From contig JBHGNT010000006.1 of the NCBI GenBank assembly GCA_043228905.1, positions 18,352,001-18,416,000 of the forward strand: DNA of 64,000 nucleotides, in the 5' to 3' direction. Origin of the DNA: Azolla caroliniana (lineage: Eukaryota; Plantae; Polypodiophyta). Below, piece after piece: positions 37,833 to 48,700 of the stretch. Made by a program: the position numbers and the translations under genes. Numbering within the stretch: the stretch's first letter is position 1; every line of letters starts with the position of its first letter. The notes under the pieces are model-generated. The model made no database searches. It was given only the letters and a program-made list of their open reading frames with translations, and was not told the origin of the DNA.

Positions 37833-38727
37833 AATCAGGTGGATAGAATAACACAAATTACAAACTGAGTACAACCTCTCTAGGTTTTGATTAGAGGAAC
37901 GTACCTCAAGGCAACAACCTTGGCTACACAAAAACGAATATAACTGAGTACGAACTTTCTAGGTTTTGACTAGAGAGAATGTACTAGCCTCAAGGCAACA
38001 ACCTTGGCTACAATCGGGTGGATAGAATAACACAAATTACAAATTGAGTACAACCTCTCTAGGTTTTGACTAGAGGAACGTACCTCAAGGCAACAGCCTT
38101 GGCTACACAATAACGAATATAACTGAGTACAAACTTTCTAGGTTTTGACTAGAGAGAATGTACTAGCCTCAAGGCAACAACCTTGGCTACAATCGGGTGG
38201 ATAGAATAACACAAATTACAAATTGAGTACAACCTCCCTAGGTTTTGACTAGAGGAACGTACCTCAAGGCAACAGCCTTGGCTACACAATAACGAATATA
38301 ACTGAGTACGAACTTTCTAGGTTTTGACTAGAGAGAATGTACTAGCCTCAAGGCAACAACCTTGGCTACAATCGGGTGGATAGAATAACACAAATTACAA
38401 ATTGAGTACAACCTCTCTAGGTTTTGACTAGAGGAACGTACCTCAAGGCAACAGCCTTGGCTACACAATAACGAATATAACTGAGTACAAACTTTCTAGG
38501 TTTTGACTAGAGAGAATGTACTAGCCTCAAGGCAACAACCTTGGCTACAATCGGGTGGATAGAATAACACAAATTACAAATTGAGTACAACCTCTCTAGG
38601 TTTTGACTAGAGGAATGTACCTCAAGGCAACAGCCTTGGCTACACAATAACGAATATAACTGAGTACAAACTTTCTAGGTTTTGACTAGAGAGAATGTAC
38701 TAGCCTCAAGGCAACAACCTTGGCTAC
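37833..38727. repeat. 5 x 179-bp tandem array (79+100-bp related subunits) inside the C4 LTR
   Basis: AATC(A/G)GGTGGATAGAATAACAC at 37833, 38012, 38191, 38370, 38549; near-identical units; degenerate subunits flank on both sides (~37757-38880). Confidence 0.97.
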
Positions 38728-40251
38728 AATCTTCACTTGATCGGGTGGATACAACAATGACAAGCACAAGAAATGTGGTAGCCTCAAGGCAACAACCTTG
38801 GCTACGATCCTCACCCAATTGGTTGGATAAACCAACAAGCAAATAAACTTACAATTCTTCACCCAACTGGGTGGATAGAAAAACAAGCAAAATAGGAAAC
38901 AAGAAAACAACACAAAACGAAGGAACCTGAAGCGAGTAGGCAGGAGAGGTGTTGTACAATCGCGGTTCTCTGTCAGCATGACCAACACCTCACAAGTCTC
39001 TGTCTCCACTTTGGTAGAATGCTCCTCCTCTTGTTCTCCCTCTTTCGTTTTTTGTTTTCTTCTCTATTTTATGTTTTTCTCTCTGTTTTCTGTTTTTGCT
39101 CTGTGTACGTAGAAAAATCTGATCCCGTTATGTTTCCTCATTCTCCTTTTTATGTTTCTCTCCTTGTTGTCCAACATCTATGTACCTGTGTTCACACACA
39201 CACACACAAAAGACACACACCAAAAAACATACAAAAGAAAAAGGGTACACACACACACACACATGTATATATAAATATAATAATAGATAATTATAACTTT
39301 TCTCCTTTTTGGCCCTAAACCAATTCGGCGCTCAACGACTCCCAATCGGCTGAGCAATGCTCAACCGACTCTCGATCGGCCCTTCGGCTCTTAGCCAACT
39401 CCATGTTGTGGGCTCCACTTGAGTGGATAGGCCCAACATTCTCCCCCTCCATCTCAAGTGGGGGGCATAACTAGGTTTGCCTTTCGTTTGCAAACTTCAA
39501 GCTTCTCAAAAGCTTTCTATTTGTCTCCTGTCTAAGAACATCACATAATCATGTGAAGATCATCTTCATCTCATAGACCCTCTTCCACCTACTGTGGAGA
39601 TGCTGAAACATCATCTACCTAGTCACCTATGATATGATGATCATGATCCTATCCACCATCATCATCAATTGCATGATCAGCCGTATCATCATACTCCTAC
39701 GCATCTCCCCCGTGACCTTGGGTGTCTAGGGACAGGAGTTGGACATTTGGTGACTAAAAAACAAGGGGTGAAATTTGGCATTTCATTCAGCTCCTCAAGG
39801 AATACCACATCCCTGTTTCTAATGACCTTCTTCTCTAAGTCATATAGTCTATGGCCGGATTCCTCATGGCCGTATCCTAGAAAATATGCATGGTGTACAT
39901 TAGGCTTGGATCTTTCATCTTTAGGACGTGAACACGGGTCCTACAACCGAACACTCTCAAGTGTTTGTATGGCACCTCCTAATTTGTCCACACCCTCTCG
40001 GGTACATCATCATCTTAGAAAAAAGACTAATGGAGACAGATTCATGAGGTCAACTGCAGTCCTCATTGTTTCACTCCAAAAGGGTTTAGACAATTTTGAG
40101 TGTGATAGTATATATCTTATCTACTCACAAATTGTCCTACTCATCTTCTCAGCCACACCATTGTGCTGAGGTGTTTTCTGAACACTCCTCTCAAGACTAA
40201 TACCACGCACACAACCATATTGCCCAAATTGTCCGCCCATGTTTGGCGCCA

Positions 40252-41343
40252 TTATTCACGCACATACATTTCAGCTTGCATTAGGTAGAGAGAATTCTGT
40301 TTTTGACAGCTTGCTATTAGGGAATCTTTGGTGAGTTTCCATCTTCCTTCACCAAAGTAATTTTCATATCCCTCATCATCAAGCTTACCGGTAGAGATGA
40401 TATTCAACGGAATATCTGGTACATGCCTTACATCCCTCAATATGAGTTTACTACCCGTATCAGAGACTAAGACTACATCCCCTAGGCCAACGGCCTCTGT
40501 CATACCGTGATTAGCCATTTTGACTTTACCAAAGTCACCACCGGTATCTAACTCAAACATTTCCCCATATGGGGTGATGTGATACGAGGCTCCCGAGTCA
40601 ATGACCCAATCAATTTGTTGACATGCTAAACTATTACAAGCATCATCACAGACAATAATAACATCGCCATCACATGTGGCGGTTATAGGGTCATTTTTCT
40701 TGTCGTTATTGGTTCCATTCTTTTGGTCCCTCTTCTTCTTCCTACAATCTCTTTCGTAGTGATTTGGACCACCACAATAACGACATGAGAAATCTTTCTT
40801 GAAGTCTTTCCTACTTCTAGATTTTGACCTCCCCTCAACATTATTTCTATGATCTTGTGGACCCCGAGTGTGGCTTCTTCCTCTATTGGGGTTGTTTTCT
40901 ATGACCAAGGCTTCATGCTCATTGTTGGACTCATGCTCCTTTCGTCGTGCTTCTTCATGTAGAAGAATCGACTTAAGCGTGTCCAATGTTAGCTCCTTTT
41001 GTTGTGTTGCAGTCCCACGCATCTCAACAAGGGTTTCCCAACTATATGGGAGAGAGCCTAACAATAACAAAGTCAACACCTCATTTGCTAGAGGTATTTC
41101 TAATGAGAGTGTTTGACTTATAAGTCCTTGAAACGTGTTTAGATGCTTTGCCATACTAGAGCCATCTTGATATCTAAGTCTTACAAGTTTCCTAAACACG
41201 GAGACTCTATGTAAGGCATTTTTTATCTGAAACATAGTTTCAAATTTCCCCCATAACTCGTGTGCTTTGGTTTCATCAACAAAATTGTTATATAGACTCA
41301 TGTCTATAAAACAACGTATGTATGATGTTGTTTTTAGATGCAT
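40252..41343 (-). pseudogene. C4 gag-protease fragment
   Basis: 'CRYCGGPNHYERDC' knuckle, 'WVIDSGASYH' protease; the preceding gag codons (EA) lie at 45288-45297 beyond G4. Confidence 0.9.
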
Positions 41344-41345
41344 TG

Positions 41346-44300
41346 TGAAAGGGTGTATAAGATAATAGATAGTTATACACTATATGAGGGCTTGACCAAA
41401 CCGATTAGATGGAGTTGAAAATCATAATATATTATATAGCTCTAGGTAATTATGATTAGAGAGTATAACTCAAGAAACTAAGAAAAAAGATAGAGAAAGC
41501 GAGCAAGAAATAAGAATGTTCTGATATTCCAACATCAAGAGAATACAAAGGAGACAAACTCCACATTGAACTAAAACCAAAGACCTTCCTCTTCTAAGAC
41601 ACTTCCTCTTCCACAAAGACACTTCTTCCTAACACTCCTCATCCACTCTTTGGCCTTCACTCTTCGCCCTATCCTCCCTAATATCACTTCTTCTTTTATA
41701 ACCTTCCTCTTCTTATCCACGTTCATGCTATTTTTAGAAGCTTTTTATCTCCCTATTTTTAGCTATGACACATCGACCTTCTAATCGTCATATCTCCCTC
41801 ATCCGATATCCAAATTAAGCGATTTAAAAAGCTATAGAAAGCTCTTTTTACAAGCTTTCTAATCCATATTTAAACGTGATATTTGGATAAACAACGAGGG
41901 AGTTATGACCATTCTATTTTTACTGTTTTTTATAGTCTGCGTTTTCTCTTTTTACTTTTCTCTTTGTCTCGTACTTTTACTTTTGACTTCTTCCCTAAGG
42001 TCTTAGTTCGTGTTCTTATCCTCAAAATGTGAATTATCCATACTTTATATCCATCTAGTGTTCAATGGTTTGAATTCAAAAAACACTTTCACATTTAGCT
42101 CCCCCCCCCCCCCTTGCTTGTTGAGCGAACCATTTATGGTGAGCCGAAGATAAAAAGAATAAAAAAAACTCCTTCGCCTTATGGTAGGCTATAGACAAAG
42201 AAGGAGAGAAGAAAAAGAAACAAACTATGTGAGTAAAACCCCCGCTAGTCGGTAGGAAAAACCTCACACTCCTAGACACACCCACACACACATTGACAAT
42301 TCCATCATCATCTTTCTCCTTGTCAACACAAAGAAAGAGGTTACCACAATCATTATGTCTTCGTTAACTCTCCAAAGACTAGTAGGGCCATGGGATACAT
42401 CACTCTTGATAGCAGTAAGCATGTCAACATATAAATGAATCTTTCGAGCGAGCGCACCTTTTGCACAAATACTTTCAAAGCTTCAAGACTTGTCGGAATT
42501 GTCATCTTTGTAATTATGTTAATCTTTGAATCATCCACATGAAATCCTTTTTGGCACAACATATTGTCCACACTACCTTGTTTTGTATAAACAACCATTT
42601 TATCGACAATCTCATCTCGAGAAGGAAGTGAAAATTCATCTCGTTTGGTCGAATCATTCAAGGGTTTGAAATTGATCTCATTCTTCTTTGGAACCAAAAC
42701 TATAGGTGACACACACCTCAAATCTTCCATCTTATAATTGGAACTTTCTTGTAACCATGCGTTGAACTCTTGCATAAATTCTTCCTTTTGTTCAACACTC
42801 AATTGCCGAAGCTTTGGGGAAATTGATACACTTTCCTTCAAGTTGATGTGGTATTTGTTGCAAGCTTCTCCTCTTATTCCAAAACACTTGATGAACACAT
42901 CCTCCACTATGCTTGTGCAATGCACCACTCCACTATCTACTACAACCACCCTTGTTGAAGATGACCTACTAATAGGAATTCCTACTTTGTTTACTACAAA
43001 TTCAGAAATCAAGCTTACCCTAGCACCACTATCACCCAAGGCATCTTTGATGTGAACCCCTTTGATGGAGACAGGGGTGATTGGACTTATGTCCTTTCGA
43101 TCTTCTACTCGCATGATCCCCACGTAATGCACGGTCTTTTGACTTTGGCAAATACTCACAAGCCTCCCCCACTCATTTTGTAATGTGGATGATAATTGGA
43201 GAAGTTGCGGCCATGTTATCCTTGGTCCACTCGATATCAATTCATGCTTCCGATTGAAAGATTCTACACCTTCTCCCATAGGAATATCCTCCATCTTTAT
43301 CTTCCTTCTAGAGTGTCTCCTTCTCAATTTGTCCTCTTTCTCATTCTCCTTAGACTTCTTCTTTTGTCTTGAGTCACTAGATTCTCCTTCAACTTCTTTC
43401 TCCTTTTGCGAGGCTCTTGTCCTTTTCACAAGAGCTACTTCACAAGCACTATCACTATCATCAATAAAATTAAGAAGATTCACATTATGAGGAATTGTAG
43501 GAACCTGAGTCATTGGAAGTGTTATGGATTCGCCTCCTTCGACTCCATTGTTGATAGGTCGTTGTCCATTCCGTTGCACTTCATACATGTCTCTTTCCAT
43601 ACCTCTTTGTTGTCGATGAGGACATCTTGTTGAGTGTCCCTCCTCTTGACAAGAATAACAAATTACACCTTGATGCCCTCTAGAGCCACCACCATCGGGA
43701 ATAGTGTTGCGAATTGCTTGGGATTGTTGCAAGTGGGCCATCACTTCATCAAAGCGCCGATTCACCAACGCCATTGTATCTTGTTCACTCTTCACTTGTT
43801 CCACTTCTTGAGATATACTTGTTGGGTTTATTGTTGTGGTGGTATACACATTTGGAAACACTTGTCCACCATGCACAATTGAAGATAAGGCTTGAAAGTT
43901 GGCACGAGGCATCAAATTTGCACCCAAAGCCGTCATTTGGGGATCCCCCATGGAACTCATCATCTTCACTTGTCGATCATAATCTTGACAAACTTGGAGA
44001 AGAGCTTGAAAAGTCGTTGGATCCTTCAAGCTTGCCTCTAAACGGAAATGCATATCAAGGCCCACCTTAAATTGTTCTATCTTAAACCACTCGTCTTCGG
44101 TGCCACCACGAAGACGAATCCACGTCGTCCACAATTCTTGGAAATTTCGTTCATACTCTAAAAAACCAAAAGGTGATTCCATCTTTAGTTGAAAAAGCTC
44201 CTCCCTTACCTCAGTTGCACTTTTCCATTGAATATATCTTGTACGAAATTGATGCACCAATAATTGATATTCTCCTTGTTCATTTTGCGGAAGAGAGTCA

Positions 44301-45287
44301 TACCAATCTCGAGCACGACCATAGAATGTAGCTACCAACAAGGGCAACTTTTCGTTGTCGGTGATGCGTCCAATAGATATGGCATGATGCTCAAAGCATG
44401 CCAAAAAGGCACCAGCATCTTGTGTTCTTTCACCCGAAAATGCAAATTGCATAGCTAAGTTAATGTAATATAGTAACACAATTAAATGATAACTTCTCTT
44501 CCTATACGGAAAGGATCGGCCCTCCCTGGAGCGCCAAAATGAAAGGGTGTATAAGATAATAGATAGTTATACACTATATGAGGGCTTGACCAAACCGATT
44601 AGATGGAGTTGAAAATCATAATATATTATATAGCTCTAGGTAATTATGATTAGAGAGTATAACTCAAGAAACTAAGAAAAAAGATAGAGAAAGCGAGCAA
44701 GAAATAAGAATGTTCTGATATTCCAACATCAAGAGAATACAAAGGAGACAAACTCCACATTGAACTAAAACCAAAGACCTTCCTCTTCTAAGACACTTCC
44801 TCTTCCACAAAGACACTTCTTCCTAACACTCCTCATCCACTCTTTGGCCTTCACTCTTCGCCCTATCCTCCCTAATATCACTTCTTCTTTTATAACCTTC
44901 CTCTTCTTATCCACGTTCATGCTATTTTTAGAAGCTTTTTATCTCCCTATTTTTAGCTATGACACATCGACCTTCTAATCGTCATATCTCCCTCATCCGA
45001 TATCCAAATTAAGCGATTTAAAAAGCTATAGAAAGCTCTTTTTACAAGCTTTCTAATCCATATTTAAACGTGATATTTGGATAAACAACGAGGGAGTTAT
45101 GACCATTCTATTTTTACTGTTTTTTATAGTCTGCGTTTTCTCTTTTTACTTTTCTCTTGGTCTCGTACTTTTACTTTTGACTTCTTCCCTAAGGTCTTAG
45201 TTCGTGTTCTTATCCTCAAAATGTGAATTATCCATACTTTATATCCATCTAGTGTTCAATGGTTTGAATTCAAAAAACACTTTCACA
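41346..45287 (-). mobile_element. G4: young 3.9-kb non-autonomous Ty3/Gypsy-type LTR element
   Basis: 748-bp LTRs 41346-42093 and 44540-45287 (one mismatch seen), TSD CATTG, PBS (minus) TGGCGCTCCAGGGAGGG, poly-G PPT at 42094-42120, single long ORF. Confidence 0.96.
42353..44452 (-). CDS. G4 Gag-protease-truncated-RT polyprotein (~699 aa from first ATG), intact frame
   Basis: Gag 'FSGERTQDAGAFLACFE...GRARDWYDSL', knuckle-like 'CYSCQEEGHSTRC', PR 'LGDSGARVSLI', RT relics 'VSPIVLVPKKN', 'INFKPLNDSTKRDEFSLP', 'GFHVDDSKINII..M..PTSLEAL..F'; no YxDD, RNase H or integrase. Confidence 0.88.
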   Translation of the reverse strand: MQFAFSGERTQDAGAFLACFEHHAISIGRITDNEKLPLLVATFYGRARDWYDSLPQNEQGEYQLLVHQFRTRYIQWKSATEVREELFQLKMESPFGFLEYERNFQELWTTWIRLRGGTEDEWFKIEQFKVGLDMHFRLEASLKDPTTFQALLQVCQDYDRQVKMMSSMGDPQMTALGANLMPRANFQALSSIVHGGQVFPNVYTTTTINPTSISQEVEQVKSEQDTMALVNRRFDEVMAHLQQSQAIRNTIPDGGGSRGHQGVICYSCQEEGHSTRCPHRQQRGMERDMYEVQRNGQRPINNGVEGGESITLPMTQVPTIPHNVNLLNFIDDSDSACEVALVKRTRASQKEKEVEGESSDSRQKKKSKENEKEDKLRRRHSRRKIKMEDIPMGEGVESFNRKHELISSGPRITWPQLLQLSSTLQNEWGRLVSICQSQKTVHYVGIMRVEDRKDISPITPVSIKGVHIKDALGDSGARVSLISEFVVNKVGIPISRSSSTRVVVVDSGVVHCTSIVEDVFIKCFGIRGEACNKYHINLKESVSISPKLRQLSVEQKEEFMQEFNAWLQESSNYKMEDLRCVSPIVLVPKKNEINFKPLNDSTKRDEFSLPSRDEIVDKMVVYTKQGSVDNMLCQKGFHVDDSKINIITKMTIPTSLEALKVFVQKVRSLERFIYMLTCLLLSRVMYPMALLVFGELTKT

Positions 45288-45712
45288 CATTGCTTCCTGT
45301 AAAAGAATACGTGTGCGGAAGCGTATGCGTAAGACACTGAGTACACAGTTCGGAATTACGACAGTTCGATAAAACACAGAAATCACAAAGACGGAGAGGG
45401 AGAGACACAGAGAGAGAGAGAGAGAGAGTAGAAAATGTAACTATATTCAGAAACAATTCTCTGTATGTTCTCTATACATATTTGGTGCTCAGTGAGCACC
45501 TTTTATACAGGCCCTGACTATTGGGTTGACACAAGTACTTACAGTACCTGACTGCTCATAAATGAGCATCCTACGCTTACCCCCAAAATTATTCCTTACG
45601 AGGAATAACATTCTAATGGCCTCTCGGTTTACATACCGCTACGGTCATATTTTGCGCACAGTTTTACGCACCCAGTCTACGCACTGGGTTATGCACCCGT
45701 TTCACTCCCCCT

Positions 45713-48700
45713 TGTTGAGCAGCAAGCTCAATCGGATCCGGATCGGTTGAATAAGCCTGAGCCGGATCGGTGAGTAGGGGAGTCGGTTAGCTGGATCAAG
45801 CAGTAACCGGAAGCCAAGTAGCAGCTAGTCTACTAGGGAGTTAATATCTCGTAGTTAGTGTCAGACGCTCATGTGAGCATTGAAGTACACCGTACTTCTG
45901 TAAGTTCAAATGGATTTGTATAAAAGTGTTCACTGAACACATACGATGTACAGACTGAGTAGTATTTTTGAATTGAGTTTCTATGTGCTCTCTCTCTGTC
46001 TCTCCCGCGTATTGTTAAGCTCTCCATTAAACTTGTTTTCTATTTTCTGTTTTCTATTGCTTCCGCACACGATTTGTTTCTACATGGTATTAGAGTGTGA
46101 GGGTTGAGAACCTCTGCAACTGACATTCGCTTTCGCAAGAAGAAAATCTAACCTTTGTAAAGAACATAAAAAACAAATGGATAGAGGAATGGCTAGTTCA
46201 CTCCCGGTGGAGAAGCTCGACAGATCCAACTACACATCTTGGTCATACAAGCTGCACTAGTACCTGCTTGGGCATGTTTACTGGAGCTATGTCGACGGAG
46301 CTAACGACACAGTACCTGATGCGGCACACAAGGACTTCCCAGTGTGGGAACAATCGGCAAGTAGAGTGATGTACTGCTTTGCGTCCAGTGTCGGAGACCA
46401 GCTGTTGTGCCACGTTCGAGATGCCAACATGCCGAAAGAGGCTTGGGGAAACCTGAAGAAGGTGTTCGCCGCAAGCACTACAGCTCGGAAGCTGCAACTC
46501 CGACAGGAGTTGAGCAATGTCCGACAGAAGGACATGTCGGTGGTTGATTACACAGCCTGAATCAAAGAGATCTGTGACTCGCTTGCCTCTATCAACATCA
46601 CAGTAGAGGAAGACGAGATGGTACAAGTCTATCTTGGGGGCCTGGCGTCTAAGTTCCGAGCTTTTCAGACAACAATATGTACGAGGGAGAATACACCGTC
46701 ATTTTTCGACTTACAGTCGATGCTCCTTGTAGAGGAGAACCACGCCAATGCATCAACAAGTGCACCCACTGACAGCCGGATGCTGTACACCGAGGCATAT
46801 CGGCTCCGTGGGCGTGGTCGACGAGGTGGGTCAGCACGAAATGGAGGCGGCCGGCAAGAGCAGGAAAGACGGCACAGAGACCGTGCCGAAAACAGTTCCG
46901 GGACCTCCACAACTAGGGGGAGTCAAGGTGGCGCCGGAGGCCGGTAAGAAAAATCCGCCACGGAATGCTGGTATTGTGGTAAAAAGGGCCACAAAGAAAG
47001 CAAGTGCTAGAAGAAGTGCGCCGATTCGGACAGATCTGGATCCGGCAAAACCAGTCGGGAGAACCGACAAAGCTCGCACTACGCGCAAGGATCGAAAGGA
47101 TTTGGAACCGGGAAGACCGGTAAGGGGCTAGCCTTGGTGATGAAGCACGAGGCAAATTCGATGAAGAAGACCACTTCCAAATCGGAGGAAGTGTGGTACG
47201 TTGATTCCGGTGCATCAAATCACATGAAGAACCACAAAGAGTGGTTCTCCTTCTTGGAGAAACTGGAACAATTGGGAGTTGTCGAAACCGGAGATGACAC
47301 TCCTCACCCAATCGTGCATATCAGTGAAGTCCCTTTGAGCCATGTCGGACAGAGGGGGAAGCTGATGAACATATTACACGTTCTGACTATCACAAAGAAC
47401 CTGGTGTCAGTCGGACAGATCGTCGACCAGGGAATGTAGGTGCGGTTTACGCACCTCGGGTGCTTCATCGAGGAGGAGGGCCAGATTATTGCGCAAGGGC
47501 GCAGAGACAGGAGGATGTTTATCCTCGACACCAATGACGTCGGTACCGCTTTGTTCGCCAAAGGACAGAAGATTGAATCGGACATCAATCTCTGGCACAA
47601 GCGGATTGGCCACGTCAGTTACCAGAGGCTTCAAGACCTGCAAACGAAACAAGTTGTTTTCGGTTTGCCAAAGTGCAGTGGCCGGAAGGCCCAAGTATGT
47701 GAAGCCTGCCAACTCGGGAAGCAACACCGGCTTCCATTCCCCACCGAACGAAACTGTAGCTGTCACAAGCTCGACCTTATTCATTCGGATGTATGGGGAC
47801 CGACACAGAACGTGAGTCTTGGTGGGAGTTGATACTTCATCTCCTTCATCGACAACTATAGCCGGCACACATGGATCTACCTCATTGAGCGGAAGAGCGA
47901 AGTCTTCGACTATTTTCGGAACCTCCAAAGCATGGTGGAACGGGAATCGGAGAGGAAGATCAAGTGCCTGCGGTCAGATGGCGGAAAATAATATTTTTCC
48001 GGCCAATTCAACAGTTATCTGCAGCAAACAGGAATTCGGACAGAGTTCAGCTACAGATACACACCGGAGCAAAACAGTGTGGCCAAAAGGAAGAATCGGT
48101 CACTTGTCGACGTGGCAAGGGCAATGCTGGAAGAGAAGAGCATGCCCCATTTCTAGTGGGCGGAGGCGGTCCGGACGGCCATCTACATCCAAAACCGGAT
48201 CGGTGACAAGGTGTCCGCGCATGAGCTGTATTTCAGGCGCAAGCCGAATTTGAGACACCTTCGGATATTCGGTAGCATTGCATATGTACATGTACCGGAT
48301 GAGAAGCGGAGGAAACTGGATGCAAAATCGGAGAAGTGCATCCTCGTCAGCTACTCACATGAGCAAAAGGGGTATAAGTGTTATAACCCCTGGACGAAGC
48401 AGGTCCAAGTTAGCCGCGACGTGGAGTTTGATGAGACGACATCATGGTATACCTTACCTGCTCCAACTTCCGAACCCGACCTGATACCGGAGGATGAGGC
48501 TAGTGAGCTTGAACCGGTCCAGATACAAGATGATGAATCTGAGACTCAAGAAGGGAGTCCGGAATTGTTTCAGTTGAGTGGGCTGAACGAGAGACTGGGT
48601 CAATCCGACTAGTCAAAAGAGGAACTGGTGAGTAGTGAAGACTCTGCCGTGCTCTCCCTGCGCAAGGAATCGAGGAGACGGTTCACGCGCAAAGAGAAGG

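Larger units (their letters stand above)
37649..45297 (-). mobile_element. C4: internally deleted Ty1/Copia with ~1.8-kb 3' LTR; gag interrupted by G4 and C5
   Basis: 3' LTR ~37649-39438 (minus start TGTTGGGCC) with PPT GGAGGGGGAGAA; shares the GTGGAAAACCC-AGGGAAAAACCACG motif with the C3 LTR; gag-PR ORF 40252-41343 homologous to C3 gag; IN remnants; RT largely absent. Confidence 0.85.

Noticed and set aside
37833-38727. CRISPR-like look of palindromic repeats with intervening segments
   Set aside because: The intervening segments repeat identically every 179 bp (no unique spacers), there are no cas genes, and the array lies in a eukaryotic LTR.
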